42,511 nt of DNA from an uncultured Rhodospirillaceae bacterium (GTDB lineage Bacteria; Pseudomonadota; Alphaproteobacteria; MPNO01; UBA2964). Position 1 is the first letter of the stretch. Each line of letters starts with the position of its first letter. The notes under the pieces were generated by a model. That model made no database searches and was not told the origin of the DNA. It worked only from the letters and a program-made list of their open reading frames with translations. This document shows positions 27,474-36,104 of the stretch, one piece after another. The stretch is from positions 1 to 42,511 of the forward strand of contig CAYZDH010000003.1 of the NCBI GenBank assembly GCA_964477025.1. The letters are read 5' to 3'. Both the position numbers and the translations under genes were made by a program.

Positions 27474-28673
27474 TTATGCACCGCCTGGCAGGTCTGTGTT
27501 TTTTCCATATAGCCATTCAACACCGGCATAAGGGTTACCCTCTTTTTTGTTGCCAAGCATCAAGTTGCGGAGCTCGCGTGTGACACCCTCAGCGTGATAA
27601 ATATCACCGTAGAAACGGGCCGTTAACTGCACTCGGCCTGTCCGCATATAACGCTTCCCAGGATAGTCAGCGAACGTGCGGACGATGTCACCGTCATAGG
27701 TTTCTAGCAAATCAACTAGGCACACGGCATCTTCCATCGCCATCCCGGCGCCGGCCGCAAGATATTGAAGCATCGGGTGTGCCGCATCACCAATTAGCGT
27801 AACCCGATTTTTGGTCCATTCCTTTACCGGGACGCGGTCGCATAATACCCACATTTTCCATACATCAATCTTGTCGAGCAGTGCTTGAACTTCCGGTCGT
27901 GTTCCCTTGAAATGTTCATATAACTCTTCGGGGTCGCCGTACTCGTCCCAACCTTCTACATATCTTTGGCTGTGGAATACCGCAACGATATTGAACAGCT
28001 CGCCGCGTCGTAATTTATAATGTACCAGATGGTTTTTTGGGCCGGCCCACAGAACGACATCTTCCATCCATTGGTCAAGTTCGGGTGGCACGTCGTTAAT
28101 TGGTAGGACCGCGCGATAAGCGATATGCCCAGACACGATAGGGTCGCCGTCCCCTATGACCTTGGCGCGGATTTTTGACCAGAGGCCGTCGGCTCCAATC
28201 AGAGCGGATCCCTCAATAGTTTGGCCTCCCGAAACTTCGACTGTCACACCGTCGCCGGTATCGTTATACCCGGCGACCTCAACGCCGGCGCGGAGATCTA
28301 TCTCTCCCATGGTTATGCATGCGTCATAGAGTACGGTGTGCAGATCTGCACGATGGATAACGGCATAAGGTTTGCCGAAATGAGACTCGAGTTTTTGACC
28401 GAGTGGCATATTCAGCACTTGTTCGCCGGTTAGGCTGTCGATCATGATAATATTTTGAGGAAAATGCGCGATATCGTGCATGGCCTTAGTGACCTGCAGC
28501 CGGTCAAACATACGGTGTGTATTGGGCCCAAGCTGAATTCCAGCGCCAATTTCGGCGAAATCGGGCGCCTGCTCTAAAACTATACTACGCCGACCTTTAA
28601 TCGCGAGCATTCTTGCAGTAGCTAGGCCGCCAATTCCGCCGCCGGCAATGATAATAGGTTTTGCGTTTGTCAT
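27474..28673 (-). CDS. FAD-dependent monooxygenase, 3-hydroxybenzoate 6-hydroxylase-like
   Basis: GGGIGGL, EIGAGIQLGPN, GADGLWS, VLWAGPKNHLVHY, GDAAHPMLQYLAAGAGMAMED, RTGRVQLTAR. Confidence 0.85.
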   Translation of the reverse strand: MTNAKPIIIAGGGIGGLATARMLAIKGRRSIVLEQAPDFAEIGAGIQLGPNTHRMFDRLQVTKAMHDIAHFPQNIIMIDSLTGEQVLNMPLGQKLESHFGKPYAVIHRADLHTVLYDACITMGEIDLRAGVEVAGYNDTGDGVTVEVSGGQTIEGSALIGADGLWSKIRAKVIGDGDPIVSGHIAYRAVLPINDVPPELDQWMEDVVLWAGPKNHLVHYKLRRGELFNIVAVFHSQRYVEGWDEYGDPEELYEHFKGTRPEVQALLDKIDVWKMWVLCDRVPVKEWTKNRVTLIGDAAHPMLQYLAAGAGMAMEDAVCLVDLLETYDGDIVRTFADYPGKRYMRTGRVQLTARFYGDIYHAEGVTRELRNLMLGNKKEGNPYAGVEWLYGKNTDLPGGA

Positions 28674-28737
28674 GCTTCTCTCTTTTGTCGCATTGCTTTG
28701 CGCTGTAGAATTTACCCAACCACAAAGGACAAACAAG

Positions 28738-30312
28738 ATGGCGAATAATCAGATCAGCGTCGATGATAGCCAAATACCGGTAAACGTCGCCTTTTCCAAG
28801 AGTTTTAACGTCGCTGTGCCGATGATTGATCGACACCTCGATGAAGGCCGGGGTGGCAAGATCGCCATCCAGGGTGATTTTGGAAGTGTGTCCTATACTT
28901 CACTGGCAGAAAACGTAAACCGATACGGCAACGTCCTTGCCTCCCTCGATCACACGAGTGGTGATCGTGTGCTGATGATGGTTAAAGATTGTCCGGAGTT
29001 TTTCTATATTTTTTGGGGCGCAATCAAGGCTGGTTTTGTCCCGGTGCCCCTTAACACTCTTTTGCGTGCCAATGACTATCAGTTCATGATTGAGGATTCG
29101 GTGTGCTCTACCATCATTTATAGTCCTGAATATGAGACAGAGGTCACGACAGCATTGGCGGCAGTAAGTCGGACCCCAAAACATTTGTTTTCCACAGAGG
29201 GCGAGGGATCAATCGGTGAATTGGTTGTCGATGCAGATACAATTCTTGAGGCCACACCAGCTACCGCAGACGATGATTGCTTCTGGCTTTACTCTTCAGG
29301 TTCAACTGGACGTCCTAAGGGCACAGTTCATGCACACAAGGATATCCCGGTAACCTGCGCCCATTACGCGGTAGGTGTGCTAGGGATAACAGAAGACGAT
29401 ATCTGTTTTTCAGCCGCAAAATTATTCTTTGCTTATGGATTAGGTAATGCCATGACTTTTCCTCTGTGGGTCGGTGCAACTACGGTATTGTCAGACTTGC
29501 CACCGAGCCCCGCAATGACATTCGAGATTATCGAGAAAAACAAAGCCACAATTTATTATGGGGTGCCGACACTGTATGCGGCACAATTACAGCAGATGGA
29601 AAACAGTATGCCTGACCTTTCGTCGGTGCGGGCGTGCGTGTCGGCAGGCGAGGCGTTGCCGGGTGACATTCTTAGGCGCTGGAAAGAGAAGACCGGTGGC
29701 TCGATCCTTGATGGCATTGGCTCGACCGAAATTCTTCATATCTTTATTTCTAATGCACCAGATGATGTTAAACCGGGCGCCAGCGGCCGAATTGTCCCTG
29801 GTTACGAAGCTAAGATTATCGGAGAAGATGAAAAAATTCTGCCACAGGGTGAAAGCGGTGCGCTTTGGGTTAAGGGTGGTTCAATAGCCAAATATTATTG
29901 GAATAATCCCAAAAAGACTGCCGAAACATTGCGGGATGGTTGGATTAATACCGGTGATACGTATTACCAGGATGATGCCGGTTATTTCTTCTATTGCGGT
30001 CGAAATGACGACATGATGAAGGTTGGAGGCATCTGGTGCTCACCATTTGAGATTGAAGCCAAGCTGATTGAGCACCCGGCTGTGTTGGAAGCGGCTGTTG
30101 TTGCGTGCGCCGATAATGACGAGTTGATCAAGCCGAAAGCTTTTATCATTGTTGCTGAAGGTGCGGATGGAAATGAAGCTCTCGCTGGTGAACTTTTAGA
30201 GCACTGCAAGGACAGTTTGGCGCGTTACAAATACCCGCGTTGGTTTAACTTTGTCGATGAATTACCGAAAACAGCGACTGGCAAGATCCAGCGATTCCGG
30301 CTCCGGGCCTAA
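28738..30312 (+). CDS. Benzoate-CoA ligase family protein
   Basis: FWLYSSGSTGRPKG, FSAAKLFFAYGLGN, SAGEALP, DGIGSTEILHIFISN, LPKTATGKIQRFRLR; AAGGA RBS before ATG at 28738. Confidence 0.92.
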   Translation: MANNQISVDDSQIPVNVAFSKSFNVAVPMIDRHLDEGRGGKIAIQGDFGSVSYTSLAENVNRYGNVLASLDHTSGDRVLMMVKDCPEFFYIFWGAIKAGFVPVPLNTLLRANDYQFMIEDSVCSTIIYSPEYETEVTTALAAVSRTPKHLFSTEGEGSIGELVVDADTILEATPATADDDCFWLYSSGSTGRPKGTVHAHKDIPVTCAHYAVGVLGITEDDICFSAAKLFFAYGLGNAMTFPLWVGATTVLSDLPPSPAMTFEIIEKNKATIYYGVPTLYAAQLQQMENSMPDLSSVRACVSAGEALPGDILRRWKEKTGGSILDGIGSTEILHIFISNAPDDVKPGASGRIVPGYEAKIIGEDEKILPQGESGALWVKGGSIAKYYWNNPKKTAETLRDGWINTGDTYYQDDAGYFFYCGRNDDMMKVGGIWCSPFEIEAKLIEHPAVLEAAVVACADNDELIKPKAFIIVAEGADGNEALAGELLEHCKDSLARYKYPRWFNFVDELPKTATGKIQRFRLRA

Positions 30313-30339
30313 TTACCGGAAACTAAGAGGAGGAACAAC

Positions 30340-31662
30340 ATGGTTGATCTTACAAAAACCGGCCCGATGGGGTTGAATAGGCTAACGGCCTCTGAGGCAT
30401 CGGGTCTATTATCGTCAGGCGAGATTACTTCAGAGGCGCTCACCCGTGATTGTCTCGAACGCATTGCGGAGAGAGAGGGCGCGATTCACGCTTGGGACTA
30501 CATTGATCCAGAGTATGCGTTGGAGCAGGCAAAGGTGCTAGATCGTGAGCCGCGTCGCGGACCACTTCATGGCGTGCCAGTCGGTATCAAGGATATTTTT
30601 GACACGAAGGACATGCCGACGGCTCATGGTTTTGGGCCTTACAAAAATAAAAATTTTGGTGTTGATTCAAATTGTGTGGCTAAGTTACGAGATGCTGGCA
30701 TGGTCATCATGGGTAAGACGGTGACGACTGAATTTGCTTGTCCAAAACCACGCCATACCCTGAACCCCCATGATCCAATCCGGACGCCAGGCGTTTCCTC
30801 CAGTGGCTCCGCTGCTTCGGTGGCGGACTATATGGTTCCTCTAGCCAATGGCACTCAAACTGGAGGTTCAGTGATAGGGCCTGCCGCTAATTGTGGTGTC
30901 TACGGTTACAAAGCCAGCCTGGATGGGATTGATCGCGGCGGTTTTCGACATTGTAAAAAATCTATCGATACGATCGGCCTATTTGCGCGGTCAGTTGAGG
31001 ACCTGATTTTAATGCGTCACGTTCAGGTTGATGCCGTGCCAGGGACGGGAACGGATAAAATCAAAATTGCTCTTTTGAGGTCACCTAACTGGGATGAAGC
31101 TGAAGCCCCAATGCAGATAGCCGTCGAAAGGGCTGCAGAAATTTTAAGGGCTGCCGGTGCGGTTGTAAGCGATTTCGACCTGCCGGAGTTATTCACAGCC
31201 ATTATTCCAGCCGCCGCCGTGATAAATGCCTGGGAAGCCTCTGTAATGTTAGAGGCAGAAGTTCGCGATAATCTAGATAGTTTTAATGACCACAATCTCG
31301 AACGAATTGAATGGGTTAAGGGCTTAAGCGAAGAGGACTACATAAATGCTGGCGCAGCATTGGATAATGCCAGGCTTGAGATGGATAAAATTTTTGACAG
31401 TTTTGATATTATACTGTCACCAAGCTTGCCGGGTGAGGCACCTGTCGGCTTGACGGAAGTTCGTACAGCGACTTTCGCACGGCTGTGGACTCAGATGTAT
31501 ACCCCGTCGATCAATTTTCCGTTGTTTGAGGGCCCGAATGGCTTGCCGATCTGTTTCCAAATGGTTGGCAAGCGTAACACAGATGACGCGTTACTAGCCA
31601 ACGCTCAATGGGCTGATGCGCAGTTGCGGGCAGCTTTATTGGAAATACCCATGAAGGTCTGA
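30340..31662 (+). CDS. Amidase signature family enzyme
   Basis: GPLHGVPVGIKD, GKTVTTEFA, TPGVSSSGSAA, GTQTGGSV (Lys-cisSer-Ser triad intact); GAGGAGG RBS. Confidence 0.9.
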   Translation: MVDLTKTGPMGLNRLTASEASGLLSSGEITSEALTRDCLERIAEREGAIHAWDYIDPEYALEQAKVLDREPRRGPLHGVPVGIKDIFDTKDMPTAHGFGPYKNKNFGVDSNCVAKLRDAGMVIMGKTVTTEFACPKPRHTLNPHDPIRTPGVSSSGSAASVADYMVPLANGTQTGGSVIGPAANCGVYGYKASLDGIDRGGFRHCKKSIDTIGLFARSVEDLILMRHVQVDAVPGTGTDKIKIALLRSPNWDEAEAPMQIAVERAAEILRAAGAVVSDFDLPELFTAIIPAAAVINAWEASVMLEAEVRDNLDSFNDHNLERIEWVKGLSEEDYINAGAALDNARLEMDKIFDSFDIILSPSLPGEAPVGLTEVRTATFARLWTQMYTPSINFPLFEGPNGLPICFQMVGKRNTDDALLANAQWADAQLRAALLEIPMKV

Positions 31663-32874
31663 TTATTCAAACAACCAAAAATACCCATAAGCGATGACAA
31701 AGGCTGGGATAGCGCTATAGAGCGTCGCGATAACAGCTGCCTTCGGGGCCATGGCAATGGCGGGAAATAGAGCGTCCCCATCATTGCTGATAGCGTTGCC
31801 AATTTCAGCCGAGAACGGAACTAAACCATTAAGATACATTGTGACGACGACGACTTGTGGGCCACAGCCGGGGATAAATCCTACCAGTATAGCGATCAAC
31901 GGCACTAAAGGAGCCCAAGTTTCAAAGAGCTGCTTAAGATCAACTCCTGTAAAATGTATCCCGAGTTCATAAATTAAATAGGCGAATGCAACCCAAACGG
32001 TGACAAAGCAGGTGTCTCCAACGACCCGAGCGGGCGCATCGCCAAGACGTCCTTGGCCAGCAGAAGCCCAGCCAACTACCGCCTTGTCGCGCAATTCTAG
32101 ATCGGGTCGGCTTGGTGAGACGATGCCCCAAAGCAACAAGGATAAGATGGCGCCCGCCAGCCCTACCCAAACTACCGTCTCCGTACCCATGAATGTCCCA
32201 AAGGTTGAGGCGGTGTCAGCCTGAAACGCAATATAGCCACCAAAAATAAGCCCTGGGATCAAGAACATCGACCATAAATAGCGCCAGGCACGCGAGTCGA
32301 CGCGCCGATTGCAGGGGCTGCTGCTCATATCCCGTCCCTCGCTGTTATAACGGAGAAAGCCAGTACCGTGGATCATGTCGACGACGTAACCGGAAAGAAT
32401 ACCAACAATTAAACCGATAGCGAAGATTGAAAGGCCTGTTATCGGTGCTTGAGCGAGCAATAAAAAGGCCGCGTCCCCCATGGTTGCTGTTAATACTGAA
32501 ACTACCGACCCAAAGCTGATACCGCCCCGAATATATTGAGTTATCACCATGATGGCACCCCCGCAGCCAGGCAGAGCACCCAGGGCGGCGGCAATTGGTA
32601 CCTGCCAAACCTGGTGGCGCGCGAGTAAGGCGGTTACATCTATTTTGTACCAGGCCTCTAGTGAGTAAAAGATAGCAAGCGTTGCTGCGACGAAAACTGT
32701 CACCTGGAGGAATGCATCAGACAAGCTTTGTGCCATGATTTGGGCGGCATCATTTGATAGCGCTGCCAGCAGTGCGAGAGCTATCAGGATGCCTAGCCTT
32801 ATTGGACCAAACGCGTTGGCCCATTTTGCAGTTCCTCTAATACCACGCCTTGCGACGATGCTAAGCGGCGCCAT
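31663..32874 (-). CDS. mntX: Putative manganese transporter MntX (DUF2899 family)
   Basis: Polytopic membrane protein with ALPGCGGA, ATMGDAAFLL, FIPGCGPQ, NAISNDGDALFP; divergent from mntR; start uncertain (32874 or 32907). Confidence 0.82.
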   Translation of the reverse strand: MAPLSIVARRGIRGTAKWANAFGPIRLGILIALALLAALSNDAAQIMAQSLSDAFLQVTVFVAATLAIFYSLEAWYKIDVTALLARHQVWQVPIAAALGALPGCGGAIMVITQYIRGGISFGSVVSVLTATMGDAAFLLLAQAPITGLSIFAIGLIVGILSGYVVDMIHGTGFLRYNSEGRDMSSSPCNRRVDSRAWRYLWSMFLIPGLIFGGYIAFQADTASTFGTFMGTETVVWVGLAGAILSLLLWGIVSPSRPDLELRDKAVVGWASAGQGRLGDAPARVVGDTCFVTVWVAFAYLIYELGIHFTGVDLKQLFETWAPLVPLIAILVGFIPGCGPQVVVVTMYLNGLVPFSAEIGNAISNDGDALFPAIAMAPKAAVIATLYSAIPAFVIAYGYFWLFE

Positions 32875-32948
32875 TCTTACTGTCTCCAACCTTGGGTTTT
32901 CATCCAACCTTACCGCTATTTTTCATATTGGTATTTGTAGGTGCTATG

Positions 32949-32996
32949 AAAGTTAGCCTTGACTAATAATTTTAGAATGTCCTAAATCGTTGTCAA
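32949..32996. promoter_or_regulatory. Two tandem MntR/DtxR-type operators overlapping divergent promoters
   Basis: TTAG-N6-CTAA at 32953-32966 and 32972-32985; minus-strand TTGACA-N16-TAAAAT; plus-strand TTGACT at 32959. Confidence 0.7.
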
Positions 32997-33025
32997 TATC
33001 CTGATCTCTGATTTATTGTGAATAA

Positions 33026-33514
33026 ATGACAGATATTGATCCCACAGAGGATGAACTGAATCCACCACCCGAAGGTACCGGCGCGATCTCCGCGCATATG
33101 ACGCCTGATCGTCAAGCTAGCCATTTTAAGCGGGCCCGTCATGCGCGGGAAACAGAGATTATTGAAGATTATGTAGAGCTAATTGCTGACTTGATTGACG
33201 AGCAGGGCGAGGCTCGTGCTGTCGATATAGCGAAACGTCTAGGCGTAACCGGGGCTACCGTAAATAAAATGATTGCCCGGCTCAAGCAAATGGATCTCGA
33301 TAACGCGGAGCCCTATCGCTCTGTTTTTCTCACCGGCGAGGGCCGCCAAATGGCGGAGGCATCGCGGGCGAGGCATCATATCGTTGTGGCGCTGTTGAGG
33401 GTCGTTGGCGTCGATGAAGCTACGGCTTGGGCAGATGCAGAAGGGATGGAACATCGCTGCAGTCCGGAGACCCTGATGGCATTTGAAGAATTTGTAAAAA
33501 GGCATAAATCCTGA
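33026..33514 (+). CDS. mntR: Manganese-dependent transcriptional regulator MntR (DtxR family, E. coli type)
   Basis: IEDYVELIADLI, ARAVDIAKRLGV, PYRSVFLT, RARHHIV, DAEGMEH. Confidence 0.92.
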   Translation: MTDIDPTEDELNPPPEGTGAISAHMTPDRQASHFKRARHARETEIIEDYVELIADLIDEQGEARAVDIAKRLGVTGATVNKMIARLKQMDLDNAEPYRSVFLTGEGRQMAEASRARHHIVVALLRVVGVDEATAWADAEGMEHRCSPETLMAFEEFVKRHKS

Positions 33515-33557
33515 ACCGTGGCTTGCCAGCCCCTGGGCACCAATATAACTGTTGGTC

Positions 33558-34430
33558 ATGAAGTATTGTCAGGGTCCAGATCCCAAAACCAAGGCACCGA
33601 ATTTTAAAGCCCCGCCCAGGGCATGTGATGCGCACTGTCATGTCTTTGGGCCGTCTAAAAAATTTCCCTTCGCCGAGGGGCGTTCTTACACGCCACCAGA
33701 TTCGTCATTTGAAGCGATGCAAGTTTTGCAAAATGCACTGGGCATTGAGCGTGCAGTCATTGTGCAGGCAACTTGCCATGGAACTGATAACACGGCTGCC
33801 CTCGATGCAATTTCTCGGTCTGAGGGTCGTTATAGGGGCGTGGCCATCGTTGACGACACTTTCAGTACTAGTGATTTCTTGCGGCTCGATGAGGGTGGAA
33901 TGCGCGGCATCCGTTTCTCTTTCGCCCGCCATATAGGAAACTCACCAGATTTTGAAATGGTACGACGCATTACCGAGAAGGTAGAACCACTGGGCTGGCA
34001 TGTAGTAATTTATATGGAAGCGCCGGATATTGTTGATAATGCCGATACGCTTGCTGATTTGCCGTTACCGGTCGTAATAGATCATATGGGACGTGTGAAA
34101 ACTAAAGATGGTGTCGATCAGGAGGCTTTCCAACTTTTGCTCGGCTTGCTGCGGGATAAGGAAGATTTTTGGGTAAAAATCTGTGGTGCCGAACGTATAT
34201 CCTCACGGGGCGCGCCGTTTGAAGATGCTGTGCCGTTTGCCCAGGCATGTATCGCGGCCGCGCCGGATCGGGTGTTGTGGGGAACAGACTGGCCGCACCC
34301 TAATATTGAGGGGCTGATGCCTAATGATGGTGACCTTATGAACCTGCTGAGCTTGCATGCGCCAAATGAAGCTGACCGCAACCGTATCCTTGTCGACAAC
34401 CCTGCTCGTCTTTACGGTTTTCCTGATTAG
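33558..34430 (+). CDS. ligI: 2-pyrone-4,6-dicarboxylate lactonase (LigI)-like amidohydrolase
   Basis: CDAHCHVFGP, SYTPPD, VQATCHGTDN, GIRFSFARH, IDHMGR, WGTDWPHPN, MPNDGDL. Confidence 0.8.
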   Translation: MKYCQGPDPKTKAPNFKAPPRACDAHCHVFGPSKKFPFAEGRSYTPPDSSFEAMQVLQNALGIERAVIVQATCHGTDNTAALDAISRSEGRYRGVAIVDDTFSTSDFLRLDEGGMRGIRFSFARHIGNSPDFEMVRRITEKVEPLGWHVVIYMEAPDIVDNADTLADLPLPVVIDHMGRVKTKDGVDQEAFQLLLGLLRDKEDFWVKICGAERISSRGAPFEDAVPFAQACIAAAPDRVLWGTDWPHPNIEGLMPNDGDLMNLLSLHAPNEADRNRILVDNPARLYGFPD

Positions 34431-34441
34431 CGTCACAAGGT

Positions 34442-35233
34442 TTACTTAAGGTCTTGGCCGACGTCCCATGTGACTATCAGCTTCTCCAAGGCGACAACGG
34501 CCGCATATAGAACCACCCCAACGATGCTCAAGACAGTCAGCGCGGCCATCAGGAGGGGTGTATCGATGTTGCCTTCGGCAAAGACGATTAGGTAGCCGAG
34601 GCCTTTTAGCGCGGTAACAAATTCTGCAACGATGATGCCGATCACCGCAAAAGTGATACCTATCTTCAGACCACTAAAGATGTATGGCAGGGCATTTGGA
34701 AACTCGATCTTGCAAAATACCGTCCAGCGATTGGCACTGAAGGCGTGCGCCATGCGGACCATGAGTGGATCTGTACTTAAGATACCAGCATAGGTGTTCA
34801 CCACCATTGGAAAGAAGGCTATCACAAAGGCTAGTAAAACGCGTGAAAGGGTGCCTAGCCCAAACCACACAATAAAGAGCGGTGCTAAAGCAACTTTGGG
34901 GACAACCTGAAACGCGACAACCAGTGGGTAGACGCTGTTGTGAAACATAGGGAAGAAGGCGAGTAAAATTCCAAGTCCCATTCCGACGAAAACCGCGAGC
35001 CCGAGCCCCAACAAACATACGCTAGTAGATGGCCAGGAATGCATCCCCAAAAGCTACCAAAGTTAGAATATCGTTTCAATGATTATCCCGGGCGTTGGCA
35101 GAATTGCTTCGGGGATGACGAAGAAAACGCAGCAGACATGCCAAATGAGGAGCATAAGCAACGCAATACTGGTCGGGCCGGCTATCTGACCCGCAATCGA
35201 GAAAAGGTTTTTATCACTATTGTTATTAGCCAT
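34442..35233 (-). pseudogene. NitT/TauT family ABC permease with two in-frame stops (pseudogene or sequencing error)
   Basis: ATG at 35233 is in frame with ORF 34442-35050; reads ...AILPTPGIIIETIF*LW*LLGMHSWP...; TAA at 35063-35065, TAG at 35054-35056; PKVALAPLF.VWFG and AFFP motifs downstream. Confidence 0.85.
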
Positions 35234-35252
35234 TGCTCATATCTTTCCGCAT

Positions 35253-36017
35253 CTAATGTTCTATTAGGCCGCGTAAATGCGCGACATATTGATTGAATTC
35301 GGGTGTTTCCTCGATCGCAAGCTCGCGTGGTCTTGGCAAATCGATTGTCACAATCTCGCTTATTACTGCGGGGCGCGGCGACATCACAAATACACGGTCC
35401 GATAGAAAGACTGCTTCGCGGATACTATGTGTCACGAAAAGTACGGTTTTTTTGTATTCTTCCCAAATTCGCAGCAACTCCTGATTCATCAAGTCGCGGG
35501 TCATAGCATCCAATGCGCTAAAGGGCTCATCCATTAGCAATAGGTTTGGGTTGTGGATGAGTGCCCGGCAAATTGCTACGCGCTGTTGCATCCCGCCAGA
35601 GAGCTCGCTGGGCACGTTCTGGGCAAAATTTGAGAGACCTGTCATCTCTAAGAGCTCATAGGCGCGATCAATATAGTCTTCCTCGCGCAGACCTAAACTC
35701 TCAATCGGAAACAAAACGTTTTTTAAAATTGTCCGCCAGGGCATTAAAACTGGGGCTTGAAAAACTACACCAGTATCTCGTCGTGGTTTTGAAACATCTT
35801 CGCCACCAACTGAAACGGTACCGGAGGTAAGCGGCAACAAACCGCCTACAATCATCAACAACGTGCTTTTGCCGCAGCCACTGGGGCCGAGAATAGAAAT
35901 GAATTCACCCTCGGCAACATCCATTTTAACCTCGTGGATCGCCTCGATTTCGTCTTGGCGTGTTTGGTAGGTCTTGCGGAGATTTTCGACCCGGACGTGG
36001 GCAGTCATTTCTGTCAT
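35253..36017 (-). CDS. NitT/TauT family ABC transporter ATP-binding protein
   Basis: GPSGCGKST, VFQAPVLMPW, LSGGMQQR, LLMDEPFSALD, VTHSIREA. Confidence 0.95.
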   Translation of the reverse strand: MTEMTAHVRVENLRKTYQTRQDEIEAIHEVKMDVAEGEFISILGPSGCGKSTLLMIVGGLLPLTSGTVSVGGEDVSKPRRDTGVVFQAPVLMPWRTILKNVLFPIESLGLREEDYIDRAYELLEMTGLSNFAQNVPSELSGGMQQRVAICRALIHNPNLLLMDEPFSALDAMTRDLMNQELLRIWEEYKKTVLFVTHSIREAVFLSDRVFVMSPRPAVISEIVTIDLPRPRELAIEETPEFNQYVAHLRGLIEH

Positions 36018-36054
36018 GTCAGGAAATTACCAATCGAAACAAAGTAAGCAAGCC

Positions 36055-36083
36055 GCCCGCTCCCCTTGGAGAGGGAAACGGGC
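36055..36083 (-). other. Intergenic stem-loop between SBP and ATPase genes (mRNA stabiliser/attenuator)
   Basis: gcccg..tccc-ct-tggag-aggga..cgggc imperfect inverted repeat just downstream of the SBP stop. Confidence 0.5.
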
Positions 36084-36104
36084 TGCCTAGATAAATTTAA
36101 ACGA

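Noticed and set aside
35054-35065. Stop-codon reassignment or programmed readthrough
   Set aside because: TAA and TAG terminate other genes in this window normally (for example TAG at 9795 and 34430)
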